Of a stretch of 64,000 bases of DNA, positions 58,149 to 64,000 are shown piece by piece (within the stretch, counting starts at the first letter, position 1; every line of letters starts with the position of its first letter). Location of the stretch: positions 12,424 to 76,423 of the forward strand of contig CAAFLG010000049.1 in NCBI GenBank assembly GCA_900763705.1. Reading direction: 5' to 3'. The DNA comes from an uncultured Oscillospiraceae bacterium (GTDB taxonomy: Bacteria > Bacillota > Clostridia > Oscillospirales > Oscillospiraceae). The notes below the pieces were generated by a model. The model was given only the letters and a program-made list of their open reading frames with translations. It made no database searches and was not told the DNA's origin. A program made the position numbers and the translations under genes.

Positions 58149-58832
58149 TCAGTCCTTAAAGTAGTAGCCGATGCCCCACTTGGTCAGGATGTGCTGCGGC
58201 GCGGCGGGATCGTCCTCAAGCTTTTCTCTGAGCCTCCTGATGTGCACATCCACCGTGCGGTAGTCGCCGGCGTAGGTGTAGCCCCAGACAAGGTCCATCA
58301 GATTCTCGCGCGAGTAGACCCGGCGCGGATTTTTGACAAAAAGCTCAATGAGATCGTATTCCTTGGCCGTGAGCTCAACGACCTTACCGTTCTTGAGCGC
58401 CACGCGCTGCTCCAGATCGAGCGTCACGCCGCCGGCGGACAGCAGGGTATTCTGCGCCTTTTGCTGCGGGGCGGCATTCGCCCGGCGCAGCAGCGCGCGG
58501 ATGCGCGCCTTGAGCTCAAGGATGTTGAAGGGCTTTGTGATATAGTCGTCCGCGCCGGACTCAAGGCCGATGATCTTATCAGCATCCTCGCTGCGGGCGG
58601 TCAGCATGATGATGGGGACGTTTGAAAATTCGCGGATGCGCATACAGGCCGTCAGCCCGTCGACCTGCGGCATCATGAGATCGAGGATGATGAGGTCGAA
58701 ATCGCCCGTTTTGGCCATGTCGATTGCAGTCGCGCCGTCGTAGGCGGTCTCGACTGTGTAGCCCTCGTTCTCCAGATTGAATTTCATACCCTTGACGAGC
58801 AGCAGCTCATCGTCAACGACCAGAATTTTCAT
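58149..58832 (-). CDS. OmpR/WalR-like response regulator
   Basis: KILVVDDE, LDLMMP, KPF, RTVDVHIRRLREK; GGAGG RBS. Confidence 0.95.
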   Translation of the reverse strand: MKILVVDDELLLVKGMKFNLENEGYTVETAYDGATAIDMAKTGDFDLIILDLMMPQVDGLTACMRIREFSNVPIIMLTARSEDADKIIGLESGADDYITKPFNILELKARIRALLRRANAAPQQKAQNTLLSAGGVTLDLEQRVALKNGKVVELTAKEYDLIELFVKNPRRVYSRENLMDLVWGYTYAGDYRTVDVHIRRLREKLEDDPAAPQHILTKWGIGYYFKD

Positions 58833-59217
58833 TGCCATCCTCCTCTGTGAGCGTGATCTCCGCGCGAAAGCCCTCGAGCTTCGCTTCTCCGATGCCTTTG
58901 ACGAGCAAAAGGTCTTCCGCCGACCGGAACGCGCCGTGCTCGGCGCGATAGTCGACGATCGCCTGCGCGAGCGCAGGGCCGATGCCCGTGAGCGTTTCCA
59001 GCTTCTCTGCATCGGCGGTGTTGACGTTCACGAGCACGCGCGTGGGCGCGGTGATCTCGTCGGTCTTCTCCTGCACGCTCACGGTGTAGTCGCCGTGCGC
59101 AGTCCCCTCATACGACGTTTTGTGCAGAAAGGCGAGCGAGACGGCAAACAGGACCGTCAGCGCGGCGAGAACAAGGTAGACTCCGCCCACCTTGCCATTT
59201 CTTTCTTCTTTTTCCAC
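58813..59217 (-). CDS. comEA: ComEA-like membrane-anchored HhH DNA-binding protein
   Basis: TM then VNVNTA..LETLTGIGPALAQAIVDYR..F..EDLLLVKGIG. Confidence 0.88.
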   Translation of the reverse strand: MEKEERNGKVGGVYLVLAALTVLFAVSLAFLHKTSYEGTAHGDYTVSVQEKTDEITAPTRVLVNVNTADAEKLETLTGIGPALAQAIVDYRAEHGAFRSAEDLLLVKGIGEAKLEGFRAEITLTEEDGNENSGR

Positions 59218-59326
59218 GGTTGCGCTCGCCTGCCTTTTTTGCTATACTGGTGTCGAAACGTGCCGAAAGGCGCGCCCGACGAATTACTACTCTACTTTAG
59301 TGTATCATAGATCGAGGTATATTTCC

Positions 59327-60697
59327 ATGAAAAAACACCGTCTGCTGTCACTTTTTTTGTCCTTTGCCCTGCTGCTCCCGCTCTTCGCTTCCTTCAGCGC
59401 CGATGCGTATGAGGACTTCGACCTTGACGCGAAGGCCGGTCTTCTCATCGAGGCCGACACGGGAGAAATTTTATATGAGAAAAACGCTCACCAGGAGAAC
59501 TACCCCGCGTCGCTCACGAAGATCATGACCGCGCTGCTCGTCTTCGAGGCCATCGACGAGGGGAAGCTCTCGCTCTCCGACTCCGTCACCGCGACGGAAT
59601 CGGCCTTTGAGGGCCTTGCGAGCGACGGCAGCACCGCGGACATCGTCCCCGGCGAGACGATGACGGTCGAACAGCTGCTCAACTGCATGCTCATCGTTTC
59701 GGCGAACGAGACGTGCAACATCCTCGGCGAGTACATCAGTGGCTCGGTCGAGGCCTTCGTTGCGCGCATGAACGAGCGCGCATCGGAGCTCGGCTGCGAG
59801 CACACCCACTTTGCCAACGCAACGGGCCTGCACAACTCCCAGCACTATACGACCGCGTGGGATCTCTACCTCATCACGCGCGAGGCGATGAAGCACGAAA
59901 AGTTCATGGAGATCTGCAATTCCAAGAGCTATACCGTGCCCGCCACCAACATGACCGAAAAGCCGCGCGAGCTGCACTCAACGAACTTTCTCATCTCCAA
60001 CTGGCGCGCCCGCGGCTATGTTTACCGCGATGCGCAGGGCATCAAGACCGGCTCCACGCCCGAGGCGGGCTACTGTCTCATTTCCTCGGCCGTGCGCGGC
60101 AGCCGCCATATGATCAGCGTGGTGCTGGGCGCAGAGCGCGTGACGCTCGAGGACGGCGTGACCATCCAGACGCGCAGCTTCTCGGAAACCTCGCGCATGT
60201 TCGACTGGGGCTTTGATAATTTTACCCGGCGCGACATTCTCTCCTCCGCCGATCTCATTCAGGAGGTCCCCGTCGCGCTCTCGAGCGAGGCGAGCTATGT
60301 TTCGACCCACGCCGCGGAGGATCTCTCCTGCCTGCTGCCCAACAACATCGAGCCCGAGGATCTCGAGCGCACCGTGACGCTCAAAAGCGAGACGGTCGAC
60401 GCGCCCGTTGCGGCGGGCGACGTGCTCGGCACGCTGACGCTCTCTTACAAGGACACGGTCTACGGCGAAACGGAGCTTCTCGCGCTCAACGATGTGTCGG
60501 CCTCATGGTTCCTCACGGCGCAGCGCAGGGTCGTCGACTTCTTCGCAAAGCCGCTCGTCAGGATCGTTTTTCTCCTGCTGGTACTGCTCATCGTGGCGCT
60601 TGTCGTTTACACGACGATGTTCTCCCGCCGCCGCAGATACGGACGCCGCCGCTACAGCAGAGCCGGCAGCGGCTACCGCGGCCGCAGAAGACGCTGA
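59327..60697 (+). CDS. D-alanyl-D-alanine carboxypeptidase (S11)
   Basis: ASLTK, SAN, KTG motifs; signal peptide; C-terminal TM. Confidence 0.93.
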   Translation: MKKHRLLSLFLSFALLLPLFASFSADAYEDFDLDAKAGLLIEADTGEILYEKNAHQENYPASLTKIMTALLVFEAIDEGKLSLSDSVTATESAFEGLASDGSTADIVPGETMTVEQLLNCMLIVSANETCNILGEYISGSVEAFVARMNERASELGCEHTHFANATGLHNSQHYTTAWDLYLITREAMKHEKFMEICNSKSYTVPATNMTEKPRELHSTNFLISNWRARGYVYRDAQGIKTGSTPEAGYCLISSAVRGSRHMISVVLGAERVTLEDGVTIQTRSFSETSRMFDWGFDNFTRRDILSSADLIQEVPVALSSEASYVSTHAAEDLSCLLPNNIEPEDLERTVTLKSETVDAPVAAGDVLGTLTLSYKDTVYGETELLALNDVSASWFLTAQRRVVDFFAKPLVRIVFLLLVLLIVALVVYTTMFSRRRRYGRRRYSRAGSGYRGRRRR

Positions 60698-60743
60698 TAA
60701 ATGCAAAAAGGGACGCTTTTCGCGTCCCTTTTTTATGCCCTCT

Positions 60744-61199
60744 TCAGTGCGCCGTGACGGCAGCCCCGCTCTGCGGAAACTCCACAAAGCGGACGGAGTA
60801 GAGGTCGGCTGTGATGTAGGCGCTGCGCCCCGGATGATAGATCGTGATATAGTCGCTGCCGACCTCCTGCAGCGTCCCGGTGGCCACGACTGTATTCTGC
60901 GAGCCGACGAGAAAGCTGACGATAACCGGCCGGCCGATGTTGCGCGCAAGCATTCCCTTCCACGAATTGTAGCCCATTTTGTCGACGGTCTGCACCTCTT
61001 CGATCTTGTCGGGCGAGGGGCGGAAGTGTCCGTTCGCGCCGCCCGCCGGCACGATCACCGCAGCGCCCGTCGGGCCTGTCAGCATTTCCTCATAGCCGAG
61101 GCTTATCTCGCTGCCCTTTTGCTGCTGCGCGCCCGCCGCTGCGGGCACGGCCGTCATCTGCTCGTAAAGGCAGGGTACGTTTTTCCCCATCTGCGTCAT
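60744..61199 (-). CDS. GerQ-like spore coat protein
   Basis: LARNIGRPVIVSFLVGS..GTLQEVGSDYI..DLYSVRFV; downstream of the cwlJ-like gene. Confidence 0.6.
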   Translation of the reverse strand: MTQMGKNVPCLYEQMTAVPAAAGAQQQKGSEISLGYEEMLTGPTGAAVIVPAGGANGHFRPSPDKIEEVQTVDKMGYNSWKGMLARNIGRPVIVSFLVGSQNTVVATGTLQEVGSDYITIYHPGRSAYITADLYSVRFVEFPQSGAAVTAH

Positions 61200-61244
61200 A
61201 GTTTCCTCTCCCTTTCCATTTTGATGCGCTGCGCCGAAGGCGCT

Positions 61245-61685
61245 TTATGTGCTGTAGTACGCCGCGGTGGGGGCATAAAAGCAGTGGTCGCCGATGCGCA
61301 TGACGAATACCCCCACGCCGGAGGGAAAGTTCGCCCGGCAGGACGGCGAAAAGGGGTTAAAAAACCACATCGCCTCGCCAAGACCCGAAAGCCGGTTGCC
61401 CGCGATGGCCCAGTCGGCGATCTCATAGTGAATGTCCGTCGGACGCATATTGTAGATGTTCTGCGGGTTGTAGCTGCCGCGCTCCACCTCGCTCGCGCAG
61501 ACGAACTGCCCCGGCTGGAAGATGATCTTGCGGATGCTGCCCTGCCCCACGCGCGCGTATTCCCCACCCGAGGCGCGCACGCGGTTCATCACCACGCCCG
61601 CCACCGCCTTCATGCCGTTTTCGCCCTCGCCGCCCGCCTCACATTCGATGAGCCGCGCGAGCAGATCGCGGTCGGAATAAGCCAT
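61245..61685 (-). CDS. CwlJ-like spore cortex hydrolase (Hydrolase_2)
   Basis: LLARLIECEAGGEG..AVAGVVMNRV..PGQF..WFFNP..HCFY; no signal peptide. Confidence 0.85.
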   Translation of the reverse strand: MAYSDRDLLARLIECEAGGEGENGMKAVAGVVMNRVRASGGEYARVGQGSIRKIIFQPGQFVCASEVERGSYNPQNIYNMRPTDIHYEIADWAIAGNRLSGLGEAMWFFNPFSPSCRANFPSGVGVFVMRIGDHCFYAPTAAYYST

Positions 61686-61718
61686 ATCCATCGCCTCCCC
61701 CATTTTCTCTTCCCCGCC

Positions 61719-61747
61719 AGTCTATGCGCGCGGGAACTGCGGGGTCA
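61719..61747 (-). promoter_or_regulatory. Putative sigmaK/sigmaE promoter
   Basis: Minus strand TGACC-16-CATAGACT. Confidence 0.45.
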
Positions 61748-61802
61748 CAAAGAAAGAAAAAGAGCGACGCAGGCATTTTGCCTGCGTCGCTCTTATCGTT
61801 TT

Positions 61803-64000
61803 TTACGCTTCATCCTCCGGTGGCGGCAGCTCCCCCTCCTCGGGCGGGGTGAGGCCGTAGGCGCCCTTCATCTTGAGCGCGAGCCACTGCTCCTTCGTGA
61901 TGAGGATCTGGCGGGGCTTCGAGCCTTCAAAGGGGCCGACGATGCCGCGCGTTTCCATCTCGTCGACGATGCGCGCGGCGCGCGAATAGCCGAGCTTTAA
62001 GCGGCGCTGGAGCATCGAAACAGAGGCCTGCCCCGTCTCCATCACCACGTCGATCGCGGCGGGCAGCATCTCGTCGCCCTCGTCGACGGCGCTCTGCTCG
62101 CTCGGGGCATTTCCGCCGCTCTTGGCGTTGCCCTTTTCCTTCTCGGCAACGGCGGCGTTGATCTTGTCGATGACGGATTCATCGTAATCCGTCTCGCCGT
62201 TTTCCTTGACGAAGTTGACAACGCGCTCGATCTCCTCGCTCGAGATGAAGCAGCCCTGCACGCGCTTGGGCTTGCCCTCGCCGAGCGGGGCATAGAGCAT
62301 ATCGCCGCGGCCGACGAGCTTTTCCGCGCCCGCGGTATCGAGAATGATGCGCGATTCCATTGCCGAGGCGACCGCAAAGGCGATGCGGCTCGGGATGTTG
62401 GCCTTCATCAGACCCGTGATGACGTCGGCAGAGGGTCGCTGCGTTGCGATGACAAGGTGCATCCCCGCGGCGCGGCCCATCTGCGCCACGCGGCAGATCG
62501 ACTCTTCGACCTCCTTGGCCGCAACGAGCATCAGATCGGCCAGCTCGTCGATGACGACGACAACGCTCGGCAGCTTCTTGAGCGTTTCGTCCGTTTCCGC
62601 CACCTTATTGTAGGAGGCAAGGTCCTTGACATTGTGCTCGGAGAAGATCTTGTAGCGCTTCATCATCTCGTAGACCGCCCATTGCAGCGCGCCCGCGGCC
62701 TTTTTCGGGTCGGTGACGACGGGGATGAGCAGGTGCGGGATGCCGTTGTAGGGTGCAAGCTCGACCATCTTCGGGTCGACCATGATGAAGCGGACCTCCT
62801 CGGGCGTCGACTTATAAAGCATCGAAACGATGAGCGAGTTTGTGCAGACGGACTTACCGGAGCCCGTCGTACCGGCGATGAGCACGTGCGGCAGCTTCGA
62901 GATATTGCCGATGATGTTCCGGCCGCTGATGTCCTTGCCGACAGCGAAGGCCGTGGTGGAGGGATGCTGCGTGAACTCGCGCGACTCGAGCACCGTGCGG
63001 ATGGCGACGGGCGAAACGAGCTTGTTCGGCACCTCGATGCCGACGACGGAGATCTTATCGGGGATGGGGGCGATGCGCACGCCGCTCGCGCCGAGCGCGA
63101 GGGCGATATCATCCTGCAAGTTAGTGATCTTCGAGAGCTTTACGCCCTGGCTGAGCGTGAACTCATAGCGCGTGACGGACGGGCCGCGCACCACATCGCC
63201 GGGCTGGGCGTCCACGCCGAAGCTCGTGAGCGTCTGGGCGAGGCGGCGGGAGTTGTTGCGCAGCTCCGCGCCCGCTTCGGCGGCGTTCGTCATGCCGCCC
63301 TCTTTGAGCAGCGTGATGGGCGGATACTGATAGGCGGGCGGCTCGGGCTGATCGCCGCCGGTCTCGATCTCGCGCGTGACCTCCTCGCGCGCGGCGTCGA
63401 CCTCCGCGCGGCGGAGCTTATCTTCCTGCTTGTCCGTAAGGACGGTGGGCGCGGCAGCCGCGCTCGCCGGGACCGGCGGCACGCTCACGCTTGCAGCGGG
63501 CACGACAGGTGCGGGCGCGACAGGCGCGCTGACGGAAGTCCCCTGCGGCATGTCAAAGGGCGGCAGGTCAAAGTCATCCGTGTGCGCCGCAGGGGTGGTC
63601 TTCGCCGCGGACGGCTGCACCGCGTCCTGTGCAGGCGCTTCACCGGGGGCAAAGAGCTCGTCAGGGCTCTTGATGCCCTCGGACTTCTTGCGGAAAAAGC
63701 CGCCCGAGGCGTTTTTCTTCACAGCGCGCTCCTCGCCGTCGAGCGGGATATCGATCGCGCTCGCGCGCGGGGCGCTCTGCCGCGCTGTGCGCTCTGAGCG
63801 CTGCGGCGGCAGCTCCTCCGGTTCGTAGGGCACGCGCTCATGCGAGCGCACCGCCTCGATCACGGCGGCGGGCGTGAGGCGGAATGCCATCATCAAAAAG
63901 GCAACAAAGAGCACGACGAGCAGGATCATCGCCAGCACTTTTTTCACCAGCAGCACCAGCAGGATCGCAAGCGACGCGGACACCGCGCCGCCCGAGGCAA
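61803..64000 (-). CDS. ftsK: DNA translocase FtsK/SpoIIIE (5' end outside window)
   Basis: AGTTGSGKS, IDELADLM, ATQRPS, SMLQRRLKLGYSRAAR gamma domain. Confidence 0.96.
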   Translation of the reverse strand, partial: ASGGAVSASLAILLVLLVKKVLAMILLVVLFVAFLMMAFRLTPAAVIEAVRSHERVPYEPEELPPQRSERTARQSAPRASAIDIPLDGEERAVKKNASGGFFRKKSEGIKSPDELFAPGEAPAQDAVQPSAAKTTPAAHTDDFDLPPFDMPQGTSVSAPVAPAPVVPAASVSVPPVPASAAAAPTVLTDKQEDKLRRAEVDAAREEVTREIETGGDQPEPPAYQYPPITLLKEGGMTNAAEAGAELRNNSRRLAQTLTSFGVDAQPGDVVRGPSVTRYEFTLSQGVKLSKITNLQDDIALALGASGVRIAPIPDKISVVGIEVPNKLVSPVAIRTVLESREFTQHPSTTAFAVGKDISGRNIIGNISKLPHVLIAGTTGSGKSVCTNSLIVSMLYKSTPEEVRFIMVDPKMVELAPYNGIPHLLIPVVTDPKKAAGALQWAVYEMMKRYKIFSEHNVKDLASYNKVAETDETLKKLPSVVVVIDELADLMLVAAKEVEESICRVAQMGRAAGMHLVIATQRPSADVITGLMKANIPSRIAFAVASAMESRIILDTAGAEKLVGRGDMLYAPLGEGKPKRVQGCFISSEEIERVVNFVKENGETDYDESVIDKINAAVAEKEKGNAKSGGNAPSEQSAVDEGDEMLPAAIDVVMETGQASVSMLQRRLKLGYSRAARIVDEMETRGIVGPFEGSKPRQILITKEQWLALKMKGAYGLTPPEEGELPPPEDEA

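Noticed and set aside
58833..59012. ComEA-response regulator fusion or frameshift
   Set aside because: Different frames, and the regulator has its own GGAGG and ATG; a simple overlap explains it

Overview
A GC-rich chromosomal segment from a spore-forming Clostridia-type Firmicute, probably Oscillospiraceae-like (inferred from gene content and GC). It is mostly core genome. Translation and DNA genes: lepB (partial), rplS, rplU-prp-rpmA, obgE, hflX, rpmE, addAB, tRNA-Leu(CAA), partial ftsK/spoIIIE. Metabolism and transport: ispE, DAHP synthase, adenine deaminase, a feoAAB operon with a divergent DtxR/MntR regulator, a Trp T-box-controlled ABC importer. Envelope and signalling: xpaC-telA-TPM, a MacB-like ABC module, and a comEA-response regulator-kinase-GerMN operon. 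Sporulation: spoIVFA/B-like, DUF378, cwlJ/gerQ-like. I saw no integrase, transposase, prophage or CRISPR array. The most unusual locus is 38.5-40.5 kb. There a tandem-duplicated 2-TM zinc-ribbon protein is fused in frame to IspE, followed by a 67-aa 'mini-SpoIIR' with a sigmaF-like promoter and an orphan single SLH domain. Other leads are an acyltransferase/esterase/Zn-ribbon membrane protein module, four operator-like sites in the feo locus, three ECF-sigma-type promoters, and a low-GC in-frame patch in the TPM gene. All family calls come from motif recognition by eye; no searches were run.
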